A stretch of 64,000 nucleotides of DNA, taken from positions 806,001 to 870,000 of the forward strand of contig JAPDFW010000114.1 of NCBI GenBank assembly GCA_028826165.1, given 5' to 3'. Every line of letters starts with the position of its first letter. The stretch's first letter is position 1. Source of the stretch: Anaeramoeba ignava BMAN. Lineage: Eukaryota > Protista > Anaeramoebae. The notes under the pieces were generated by a model. The model had not been told where the DNA came from and searched no databases. It was given only the letters and a program-made list of their open reading frames with translations. The translations under genes and the position numbers were made by a program. Below, piece after piece: positions 52,337-64,000 of the stretch.

Positions 52337-55018
52337 TTATAAATCTTCTTTCTCTTTTTTCTCTTTTTGTTTTTCTTCTTGTTTTTCTTCTTGTTTTTCT
52401 TCTTCTTGTTTTTCTTGTTTTGCTTTCAAATAGAAAGATTCAAGTAATTCTTCAGTTAAATCTTCTCCAGCATATTCAATAGGATTTTCTTTATCATTTT
52501 GTTTATAAAAGAAAATTGCTGGAATTTGGTTTAATGCAATTTCTTTTCCAAAATCATTTTTCAAAGCATTAACTGAAAAAATCAATAAATTTTCATCTTC
52601 TAATTTCTTTGCCAATTTTTCAACAGTATCAAATAATCGAGAATTATCTAAAAAAATTTTTCAAAAATTTAAAATTAAAATTAAATTAAAAAATTTAAAA
52701 TTAAAATACTGTAATCTGGAGTATAAATGATTAAAAGAATTTCTTTATCTGAAAGTGTAATCATTTCATTCCATTGTGAGAAAACAAGTTTTTTAATTAT
52801 TCCATCATTTGATTCAGGAATTGGTTCACTTTTTGATGAAGTTTCAAGTTTTCCTTCAATATAACTTTTTTTTTATAAATTAAATTTTAAATTAAATTTT
52901 GAATTGAATTTTGAATTGAATTTTGAATTAAATTTTGAATTAAATTTTAAATTGAATTTTGAATTAAATTTTGAATTAAATTTTGAATTAAATTTTAAAT
53001 TAAATTTTGAATTGAATTTTGAATTAAATTTTAAATTGAATTTTAAATTAAATTTTAAATTAAATTTTGAATTGAATTTTGAATTGAATTTTGAATTGAA
53101 ATTTTGAATTAAATTTTGAATTAAATTTTGAATTGAATTTTGAATTGAATTTTGAATTAAATTTTGAATTAAATTTTGAATTAAATTTTGAATTAAATTT
53201 TAAATTGAATTTTGAATTAAATTTTGAATTAAATTTTGAATTAAATTTTGAATTGAATTTTGAATTAAATTTTGAATTAAATTTTAAATTGAATTTTAAA
53301 TTAAATTTTGAATTAAATTTTGAATTAAATTTTGAATTAAATTTTAAATTGAATTTTAAATTAAATTTTGAATTGAATTTTGAATTGAATTTTGAATTGA
53401 ATTTTGAATTAAATTTTAAATTAAATTTTAAATTAAATTTTGAATTAAATTTTAAATTGAATTTTAAATTAAATTTTGAATTAAATTTTGAATTAAATTT
53501 TGAATTGAATTTTGAATTGAATTTTAAATTAAATTTTGGAAATATTTACTCTTTAATGAATGAATTGATTTCTTCTTCTGTAAATTCCTTTTCCATTCTA
53601 TAATAAATTGACTTTAAAAATTTAAAAAGAAAAAAATTATTTTTCATTTATAAAAATCAATTTAAAATTCTTTTTCTTATATTTTTTTTTACTCTTTGAT
53701 TAAATTCTTCAACAATCACAAGACAAGGAAAAGTAGAAGTTCCAAAAAATTCACCAAATCTTCCAAATGATGATTGTTCAGCCCAAACGAAAGTTAATTT
53801 TGAAGAATTCCAATATTTGGCAATTGATTTCAATTTATCGAGAGTTGATAAATCTGATTTGTAATCAAGAAAGAAAACAGCAAGAGGAGTTTTTCTGATA
53901 AAAAGATATTTAAAATTTTGTCTTGTTAAAGGTTCAATTATTGCAAATTGATTTTCTTGAACAAACTATTTTAAATTAATTAAATAAATTTAAAATCAAA
54001 AAAATATTATTAAATATTTAAATAAATTTGAAAATCAAAAAACTTACTTGAGTTGTGTTAATATCATTAATGCTTTCAAATGGTGTAATAATAAATTCAG
54101 AATCAACTATTCTGTAAAATATCATTGAAGGAAGTGAAGTAATTGATAAATTCTTAGCAATTTCTGAATTTAAATCTCCTGTTATTGTTCCGAACATGAC
54201 ATGTTTTAATAAATGATTTCTTGAATTTTTTTCCATAATTTCCATCACTTTTTATTTTAAATTTTTTTGCAAATTTCATGTAAATAATTTTTTTTTCCAA
54301 TTAAAAAAGAAAAAAGATGAAAAAAAAAATTCATTTTTGCTTTTACTTTCTTGGTCTGGTTCCTCTTCAAACATATAAAAAATGGAGAAAGGTAATTTTG
54401 AGCTATAATGATAAATATCATCCAAAGAAGAAATTTTCAAAACTCGAGGATATTGAATTCTAATTTTGAATTATTTTTTTTAAATGAATTATTTTTTTTA
54501 AATGAATTATTTTTTTTATTTCAATAAATACTTTGTAAAATAGGCAAGTAAATCTAACCATTCTGTTGAACCAGTATAGTCTTCAAAAAATTCACCATTC
54601 TTAAAAACTCTAATTGCTGGAAATGTTTCAATTTCATTCTGATCACAAATTGGTTTATTATCTTGACAATTTAAAACAGAAAGAACAAATTTTTCATTTT
54701 TTTCAATCATATGAGAAACTCTATCAAAATTTGGTTGTAACTTCAATAAAACAAATTAAAAAAAATAATTAAATAAAATTTTTCAATTTAAAAAAAAAAA
54801 TTTTTTTTTTGTATTTTTTTTATTTTTTTTACTTCTTTGCTTTTTTCATCCCAAGGTGAAAAAAATGCTACAACAACTACTTCTGTTTCTTTAATTATTT
54901 GTTCATAATTTTCTTCTGTTAAAATTTTTATATCTTCATTCAATCCTTCATATTCTTGTTGAAAAGTTGAAAGAATTAAAAAAATTAAAAGTGATATAAA
55001 AAGAATGTTGAATTTCAT
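52337..55018 (-). CDS. PDI-family multi-thioredoxin-fold ER protein (likely redox-inactive), multi-exon
   Basis: Signal peptide; LTEENYEQII..VVVAFFSPWDEKSKE; C..NEIETFPAIRVFKNG; PIPESNDGIIKKLV; IPAIFFY...PIEYAG; C-terminal KEDL. Confidence 0.82.
52875..53535. repeat. Intronic 12-bp (aattttgaatt[a/g])n repeat in the PDI-like gene
   Basis: Visible array. Confidence 0.9.
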
Positions 55019-55089
55019 TTTATTTTTGAAAAATGAAAAATGAAAAATGAAAAATGAAAAAATTTTAATTTTAATTTTAATTTTGAATT

Positions 55090-55410
55090 TTAATTATTAA
55101 ATTTATTAATTAATAAATCAAATAAATTTGGATTTGTTTGATTTAATTGAAAATAATCAATTCCAATTTGAATTTCATCAATTATTTCTTTTGTAATTTG
55201 AATTCCTTCTTTGATTTGATTTGAATAAATCCAATATTCAAATATTTGAAATGATTTATTACTTAATTCACTATAATCTGTAACTTTATTAGATTTATCT
55301 TCAGTTACAGATAAAAACATTCCTCGATATAATTCACTTCTCATTATTAATATTAATTTTGGAAATTTATATTGTTTTTCTTTTCTTTCAATAATAAAAT
55401 CTTTTTCATT
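55090..55410 (-). pseudogene. BTB-domain fragment
   Basis: RSELYRGMFLSV.EDKSNKVTDYS...FEYWIY matches the BTB seen at ~28600-28850. The upstream part is frameshifted. Confidence 0.65.
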
Positions 55411-56375
55411 AATTTATTTCAAAAATGGAATAAAGAATATTAAATAATTAAATTTAAAATTAATTATATTTTATATATTTATTTATTTAACATTTCTTTT
55501 ATTTTAAATTAATATAAAAAATTAAATCCCAATAATTTATTCAAAAAATAGAAGAAGAAAATTAAATATTTTTAAAATAAAGATTTTTATTTATTTATTT
55601 TTTAATAATATTTAATAATAATTTAATTTAGATTTATTTTATTTTAATTTGATTTTTAAATATTTATTTATTATATTAATTATTTTTAATTATTTATTAT
55701 TCCAATTTTAATTATAATAAAATATATTAAAAAGTGGAATAAATATTTTAATAAAAATATATAATTAATTTTAATAATATTTAATAATAATTAAATTTAA
55801 ATTTATTTTATTTTAATTTGATATAATATTTTTATTTTATTATATTAATATATTTTTTAATTATTTATTATTCCAATTTTAATTATAATAAAATATATTA
55901 AAAATAAAATTAAAAATTAAAAATTTTTAAATAAATTGAATTTAACATGATTGAATAAGATAAACTTTCTAAAAAAATAATTTACTAATTATTCTATTTT
56001 TTGATTTTGATTATAATTTATTAATATTTAAATATTAATTAATAATAAATTTTATTTGATTTTTTTTATTTTAATATTTTAATTAATGAATTTAAATTTA
56101 ATTATTATTAATTTCTATTTTCAATTTTTATTTTTATTTATTATATTAAAAATATTCAATTTTTTAAAATTTATTATTTTTTTTTTTGGATTATTTTTTA
56201 TTAATTAAATTTTTAATAAATATTTTAAATTAAAATTAAATTATTTAAAATTAAATTTGTTTCTTATTTATTATTTTAAAGAAATTAATTTGATTAAAAG
56301 TAAATTAAAATTGAATTAAATTTTGAAAAAAAAATTAAAAAAAAAAAGTTTGATTTTCTTATTATTAATTAATTT

Positions 56376-58020
56376 TTAAATGAAATAAGATTCAACTTCA
56401 TCAACAACCCATGAATTATAAGAACCAGCTAAATAACTTTTAGCTTCATTTGATTGATAAGTAATTCCATTAGGTAAATTATAACTATAACCAAAATTTG
56501 AATAACCAGGTTGTAAATTAGAAGATAATTGAAAATCATTTCCAAACCTTGGACCATAATCTGATCTAGAAAAAATTGCATATTGAGGTTGTTTATATGT
56601 AAACTTTGCAGGTATTCTATCTCCTTTATCATTTCTTAATGAAAAAATAAATGCATTTGAATCATTACTCCATTCTCCACTTTGTGAATATTTAAATCCA
56701 ACTTGAGTAAAACCTCCAAAAATAAAATTATCTTTTGTTTTGATAATAACTAATGTTTTTCCTTTCCCATCAACTGCTTTATGCCAATTTTGAGAATTAA
56801 ATCCATCTCTTTTTGCTGAAAATCCTTTTTTCATTTTAGAAAAAAAATCATTATCATTTATCCATTCTTGTAATTTCTTAACATATTCAATATCTTGAAC
56901 AATTTCTGAATCTGAAAAAATCTTTTGTAATTCCATTAATTCAAATTTGGATTTAAGTTCTTCAACTTCTTTCTTCCATTTATCTTCAATTTCCTTCTCT
57001 TTGTTTTCAATTTCTTTCTTCCATTTCTCTTCAATTTCTTTCTCTTTATCTTCAACTTCTTTCTTCCATTTCTCTTCAATTTCAATTTTCATTTGTTGAT
57101 TTTCCTTCTCTTTATTCTCAATTTCTTTCTCTTTGTTTTCAATCTCTTTTTGATTATCTTGAATAACTTTGTTTTGAATATCAACTAAAAAAGATTTAGG
57201 AAAAAAATCAAATTGTTTTAATTTATCAAAATCTTGTTTTGAAATTGAATCTTTATCAAATAATGAAAAAAAAGAATGAAATAATCTTTTCTTTTCAATT
57301 CCCTTTTCTTTTTCTTTTTCTTTTTCTTTTTCTTTTTTTCCTTTTAATCTTTCATTTCTTTTTTCAATCCAATTATTTAAAAATTGAAAAAAATCAAATT
57401 GAAAAATTTTTTTTTTTTCTTGTTTAAATTGAATAAATTTGATAATTTCTTCTTTAGTTAAATTGAATAAATTTTCATTATTCTTAATTTGGGAAAAATT
57501 TTGATTTATTAATTCAAAACATTTTATTTCAATTTCATTTGAATTTAAATTTCGATTTTGGAATAAAAATTGGAAAAATTTGAATAATTAATTGAATTTG
57601 AAATTTTTTTTTGAATAATTTTCAATAAATTTAATTTAAAATAAATTGAAATTTCCAATAATTGAATAAGATTTTCTTGATTCTCAAAAAGAAATATTTC
57701 CATAATAAATATAACTCAAAATTGATTCCATTTCTTTTTATTAAATTGATTTAAAGAAATAGAAAAGAGATTCTTGCCTTAATGACTCATTAAAAAGGAG
57801 ATCTTGAAGATAAAATTGATTTATGAACTTTAATTTCAAAAGGATTTGATTTATTCTCAACAAAAATTGAAAAATCTTTAAATGAATTTCCATTTAAAAG
57901 GTTTGAATAATTTTTAATTAAATTTTTTGTTACTTTTTTTTCTAAATTTTTCATTTCATTTTGATTTTCATTTTGATTTGCATTTTCAATTTGGTTATTA
58001 TTATTGTTATTATTATCCAT
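56376..58020 (-). pseudogene. BTB - coiled coil - TLDc gene, frameshifted in its middle part
   Basis: BTB N-terminus DFSIFVENKSNPFEIKVHKSILSSRSPF (57790-58020). Multiple frame breaks at 57200-57790. Intact TLDc SAKRDGF...KTLVIIKT..NFIFGGFT...AFIFSL...GPRFG...VDEVESYF. Confidence 0.7.
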
Positions 58021-58429
58021 TTTGGTTTTTGTTTTTTGTTTTTTGTGTTTTGTGTTTATTAAAAAAAAAGGAAAAAAATGAAAAAAAAAAATTTAAAAAA
58101 AAAATAAATAAAAAAAGTGGATTTTGAAAATAAATAAAAAATATAAAAAATAAGAATAAATTTAAATTAATAATTAATTTAATTTTCTTTTTAATTTATT
58201 ATTTTAAATTAAATTATTAATAAATTATTATTATTTTTTATTAATTTTTTTTTATTAAAAAAGAAAAAATTATTTTAATTTAATTTTTAATTTAATTTTT
58301 TTTTTTGGAATTTAAAAATTATTAATAAATTTAAATTTTAAAACAAATTTCCAAATTAATATTAATTCAATTTAATTCAAAAAAAAAGATAAAATTTTAA
58401 TTTCAAAAATCAATTTTCAAAATATTTTT

Positions 58430-58985
58430 AAATAATAAAATATTTAAATCTAAAACATTAAATTATTATTTTAAACATAAAATTAAATATTAAATTATAT
58501 TTTCAAATTAATTTATAAATTAGATATTAAATTAAACCTATTCCCATTTTTATATTTATATGTAAAATATTCAAATAATAAATTATTTAAATTTAAAGCA
58601 ATAAATTATTATTTCAATAATAAAATTAAATAATAAATTATATTTTTAAATTAATTTATAAATTAAATATTAAATTAAATCTATTTTCATTTTTATATTT
58701 TTATGTTAAATATTTTAAATAATAAAATATTTAAATCTAAAACAATAAATTATTATTTTAAACATAAAATTAATTATTAAATTATATTTTTAAATTAATT
58801 TATAAATTAAATATTAAATTAAACTTATTCTCATTTTTTATATTTTTATGTTAAATAATTAAATAATAAAATATTTAAATCTAAAACATTAAATTATCAT
58901 TTTAAACATAAAATTAAATATTAAATTATATTTTTAAATTAATTTATAAACTAAATATTAAATTAAACTTATTCTCATTTTTTAT
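58430..58985. repeat. ~144-bp tandem repeat x~4
   Basis: The unit start aaataataaaatatttaaatctaaaac recurs at ~58431, 58574, 58718 and 58861. Confidence 0.8.
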
Positions 58986-58989
58986 TGGT

Positions 58990-59310
58990 TTTGATTATTA
59001 AATTTTTTAATTAATAAATCAAATAAATTTGGATTTGTTTCATTTAATTGAAAATAATCAATTCCAATTTGAATTTCATTAATTATTTCTTTATTTGTTA
59101 TTGTAATTTGAATTTCATCTTTAATTTGATTTGAATAAATCCAATATTCAAATATTTGAAATGATTTATTACTTAATTCATTTATTAGAAGTATCTTCAG
59201 TTACAGATAAAAACATTCCTCGATATAATTCACTTCTCATTATTAATATTAATTTTGGAAATTTATATTGTTTTTCTTTTCTTTCAATAATAAAATCTTT
59301 TTCATTAATT
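58990..59310 (-). pseudogene. Second BTB-domain fragment (duplicate of 55090-55410)
   Basis: Near-identical to the 55090-55410 fragment, with indels. Confidence 0.6.
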
Positions 59311-60072
59311 TATTTCAAAAATGGAATAAAGAATATTAAATAATTAAATTTAAAATTAATTCTATTTTATATATTTTATTAATATTTATTTATTTAAAAT
59401 AATATAAAATTATTCTCAATAATTTAATAAAATTGAAAAGAAAATTGAAATATTTTAATAAATATAAATATTTAATTTTAATAATATTTAATAATAATTT
59501 AATTTAAATTTATTTTATTTTAATTTGATATAATATTTTTATTTATTATATTAATATTTTTGATTATTTATTATTCCAATTTTAATTATAATAAAATATA
59601 TTAAAAATAAAATTAAAAAATTAAAAAATTTTTAAATAAATTGAATTTAACATGATTGAATAAGATAAACTTTCTAAAAATAATTTACTAATTATTCTAT
59701 TTTTGATTTTGATTATAATTTATTAATATTTAAATATTAATTAATAATAAATTTTATTTGATTTTTATTTTAATATTTTAATTAATGAATTTAAATTTAA
59801 TTATTATTAATTTCTATTTTCAATTTTTATTTTTATTTATTATATTAAAAATATTCAATTTTTTAAAATTTATTATTTTTTTTTTGGATTATTTTTATTA
59901 ATTAAATTTTTAATAAATATTTTAAATTAAAATTAAATTATTTAAAATTAAATTTGTTTTTTATTTATTATTTTAAAGAAATTAATTTGATTAAAAGTAA
60001 ATTAAAATTGAATTAAATTTTGAAAAAAAAAATTAAAAAAAAAAGTTTGATTTTCTTATTATTAATTAGTTT

Positions 60073-63000
60073 TTAAATGAAATAAGTTTCAAGTTCATCA
60101 ACAGCCCATGATTTATAAGAACCAGCTAAATAACTTTGAGATTCATTTGATTCCCATTTCATTCCATCAGGCATATTATATTTAAATCCAAAATTCGAAT
60201 AACCACCATGTTGATAAAAATCAGAATATAAACAAAAATCTGCTTTTTTATATCCAAATCCAAAAATTGGGCCATTGTTTAAATTAGATAAAAGTGCATA
60301 GTTGTCTTCACCTTCTTGAATTGTAAATTTCTCTGGTTTTCTATTATTCTTATCATTTCTTAATGAAAAAATAAATGCATTAGGATCTGAAATATATCCT
60401 ATATTTGCATTAAATCCAACTTGAGTAAATCCTCCAAAAATAAAATTATCTTTTTGTTTTTAATAATAACTAATGTTTTTCCTTTTCCATCAACTGCTGA
60501 ATGCCAATTTTGAGAAGAAGATCCATTTTGTTTTATTGAATATCCTTTTTTCATTTTGGAAAAAAAATCATTATCATTTATCCATTCTTTTAATTTGTAA
60601 ATATATTCAATATCTTGAATAATTTCTGAATCTGAAAATTGATTTTCAATGAAATAAGTTTCAAGTTCATCAACAGCCCATGATTTATAAGAACCAGCTA
60701 AATAACTTTGAGATTCATTTGATTCCCATTTCATTCCATCAGGCATATTATACTTAAATCCAAAATTCGAATAACCACCATGTTGATAAAAATCAGAATA
60801 TAAACAAAAATCTGCTTTTTTATATCCAAATCCAAAAATTGGGCCATTGTTTAAATTAGATAAAAGTGCATATTTGTCTTCACCTTCTTGAATTGTAAAT
60901 TTCTCTGGTTTTCTATTATTCTTATCATTTCTTAATGAAAAAATAAATGCATTAGGATCTGAAATATATTCTCCATCTGGTGAATATTTAAATCCAACTT
61001 GAGTAAATCCTCCAAAAATAAAATTATCTTTTGTTTTAATAATAACTAATGTTTTTCCTTTTCCATCAACTGCTGAATGCCAATTTTGAGAAGAAGATCC
61101 ATTTTGTTTTATTGAATATCCTTTTTTCATTTTGGAAAAAAAATAATTATCATTTATCCATTCTTTTAATTTGTAAATATATTCAATATCTTGAATAATT
61201 TCTGAATCTGAAAATTGATTTTCAATGAAATAAGTTTCAAGTTCATCAACAACCCATTCATCAGGAGAACCAGCTAAATAACTCTTTGAATGATGATTGG
61301 CATTTGGACCACCGAAATCATACGAATAACCGAGATCGGATGATCCTCCACTTAATAATTCAGAAAAATATAGATCTGTTCCTGCTGGACCAAATACTCC
61401 ACCATCCCAAGGACCAAAAATTGGGCCATTGTTTAAATTCGAATATATAGCATTTTTTTCATTTCCTTTTTTAATGGGAAATTTCTCTGGTTTTCTATTA
61501 TTCTTATAATTTCTTAATGAAAAAATAAATGCATTAGGATCTGAAATATATCCTATATTTGCATTAAATCCAACTTGAGTAAATCCTCCAAAAATAAAAT
61601 TATCTTTTGTTTTAATAATAACTAATGTTTTTCCTTTTCCATCAACTGCTGAATGCCAATTTTGAGAATTAAATCCATCTTGTTTTGCTGAATATCCTTT
61701 TTTCATTTTGGAAAAAAAATAATTATCATTTATCCATTCTTTTAATTTGTAAATATATTCAATATCTTGAATAATTTCTGAATCTGAAAATTGATTTTCA
61801 ATGAAATAAGTTTCAAGTTCATCAACAGCCCATGATTTATAAGAACCAGCTAAATAACTTTGAGATTCATTTGATTCCCATTTCATTCCATCAGGCATAT
61901 TATATTTAAATCCAAAATTCGAATAACCACCATGTTGATAAAAATCAGAATATAAGCAAAAATCTGCTTTTTTATATCCAAATCCAAAAATTGGGCCATT
62001 GTTTAAATTAGATAAAAGTGCATATTTATCTTCACCTTCTTGAATTGTAAATTTCTCTGGTTTTCTATTATTCTTATCATTTCTTAATGAAAAAATAAAT
62101 GCATTAGGATCTGAAATATATCCTATATTTGCATTAAATCCAACTTGAGTAAATCCTCCAAAAATAAAATTATCTTTTGTTTTAATAATAACTAATGTTT
62201 TTCCTTTTCCATCAACTGCTGAATGCCAATTTTGAGAAGAAGATCCATTTTGTTTTATTGAATATCCTTTTTTCATTTTGGAAAAAAAATAATTATCATT
62301 TATCCATTCTTTTAATTTATAAATATATTCAATATCTTGAATAATTTCTGAATCTGAAAATTGATTTTCAATGAAATAAGTTTCAAGTTCATCAACAGCC
62401 CATGATTTATAAGAACCAGCTAAATAACTTTGAGATTCATTTGATTCCCATTTCATTCCATCAGGCATATTATACTTAAATCCAAAATTCGAATAACCAC
62501 CATGTTGATAAAAATCAGAATATAAACAAAAATCTGCTTTTTTATATCCAAATCCAAAAATTGGGCCATTGTTTAAATTAGATAAAAGTGCATATTTGTC
62601 TTCACCTTCTTGAATTGTAAATTTCTCTGGTTTTCTATTATTCTTATCATTTCTTAATGAAAAAATAAATGCATTAGGATCTGAAATATATCCTATATTT
62701 GCATTAAATCCAACTTGAGTAAATCCTCCAAAAATAAAATTATCTTTTGTTTTAATAATAACTAATGTTTTTCCTTTTCCATCAACTGCTGAATGCCAAT
62801 TTTGAGAAGAAGATCCATTTTGTTTTATTGAATATCCTTTTTTCATTTTGGAAAAAAAATAATTATCATTTATCCATTCTTTTAATTTGTAAATATATTC
62901 AATATCTTGAATAATTTCTGAATCTGAAAATTGTGGAAATAATTTTTTCATTTCTTCCTTTTTAGTTTTGATTTCTGAATTTCCTTGATTATTTATGGAA

Positions 63001-64000
63001 ATCAAATATGATTAAATTACAACTTTTGATTTGATGAAAATTCTTTTAAAGAAAAATAAATTACTTTCAAAATTCATCCGATCCAAGCATTGACTAAATT
63101 CATTCAAAGAACTTCTTTTTTTTGAATTTTCATTCCATCCTTTTTGAATTACTTCTGCTAAATATTTTGGGAAATCATTTGGAAATTCAGGTCTTTCTCC
63201 TTGAATAATTTTCATTGGAATCATAATAGTATTTTCTTTATCAAAAGGTTCTTTTTTTGAAAAAATTGCATATAAAATCATTGATAAACTGAAAATATCA
63301 CAAGAAGTATCATAAGTATTTCCTTGTTGAAAAAGTTCTGGAGCAGAATAGCGATATGAAACTATTGCTGTTGTCACTTCTATTGTGTGTTCATGAATTT
63401 TTGAAATTCCAAAATCTGTAATTTTTGGTTCGTTATTGGAGATCAAAATGTTTTCAGGTTTTAAATCGCGATGAATAATTAAATTTTTGTGAAGATATCT
63501 AATTGCTTCGATAATTCTTAAGGAAAAATTGATCTGTTCTCCATAAGTTAAATTTGGGATTTTTTGAGCTAAATTTCCTTGTTCAGCAAATTCCATAACA
63601 ATTCCAAATTGGTTAGAAAATTCTACTATTCCATAAATCCGGATAATGTTCGAGTGATTCAATGTTACAGCAAGATTCAGTTCGTTTTGAAATTGTTCTT
63701 TTTGTTTTTCATTGCTCTGGAATCTCATCTTCTTAACAACAACTTGTTTATTTCCCCATTTAGCTTTGAAAATATCAGCTGAACCACCAAAAGCAAAAGG
63801 TTCTTTTTCAATATCAAGTTCATATAAAGGAATGATTGGAGAATTTTTGATTTTTGAGTTTTTTTGAGCATCTTCAGCAGCTCTTAATAAATCACGATTT
63901 GGAATTGGCTTGAAATTATCAAAAGATGTTCTGCAAAATGGACATTTATTCATGTTTTTTAAACATTTTTCACAAATTGAATGACCTTCTTGACAAATAA
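60073..64000 (-). CDS. RING finger - TKL-type protein kinase - five tandem TLDc domains (5' end off the window)
   Basis: ICQEGHSICEKCLKNMNKCPFCR is a partial RING. Kinase motifs VVVK, HRDLKPEN, DFG and YSAPE are present. There is a probable short intron at ~62987-63064. Five TLDc units recur with 570/576-bp period (anchors 62917, 62347, 61777, 61201, 60625). A 1-bp extra T at ~60455 breaks unit 5, and the true stop is at 60073. Confidence 0.85.

Larger units (their letters stand above)
55095..60110. repeat. Segmental duplication: ~55095-56410 vs ~59005-60110 (BTB fragment, spacer and TLDc 3' end)
   Basis: Long shared unique strings, e.g. ttgaatttaacatgattgaataagataaactttct at ~55936 and ~59641. 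Confidence 0.85.

Overview
Very AT-rich, intron-rich eukaryotic (protist) DNA with GT-AG introns and the standard code. The RCC1-BTB, BTB/TLDc and RNF213-like genes plus an anaerobe-type iron-sulfur flavoprotein suggest an anaerobic protist such as Anaeramoeba (inference only). About 18 host genes can be supported: mucolipin/TRPML, a kinase-only PPIP5K/Vip1, a coiled-coil protein, copine, a FEX/Fluc-like membrane protein, two STE20-like pseudokinase paralogues flanking an Isf gene, RCC1-BTB, a NagD/PGP HAD phosphatase, a CLASP C-terminal-like protein, an OS-9-like lectin, a GATA factor, a beta-propeller surface protein, a ~4,600-aa RNF213-like AAA+ protein, a PDI-like protein, a decayed BTB-TLDc gene and a RING-kinase-5xTLDc gene. 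The standout is a ~2.04-kb tyrosine-recombinase element (16564-18606) inside a 12-bp satellite in an intron of the FEX-like gene. It encodes an intact Crypton-like recombinase fused to a CCHC zinc knuckle and has no RT, gag or TIRs. It has short terminal direct repeats. It also carries an internal segment (16743-16785) complementary to BOTH termini, resembling a DIRS-type ICR, next to a Y-shaped fold with GNA-triloop hairpins that pairs best on one strand. This suggests a tyrosine-recombinase transposon that moves through a self-folded single-stranded intermediate. All pairings and alignments were done by eye. Several single-base frameshifts at homopolymers look like assembly errors.
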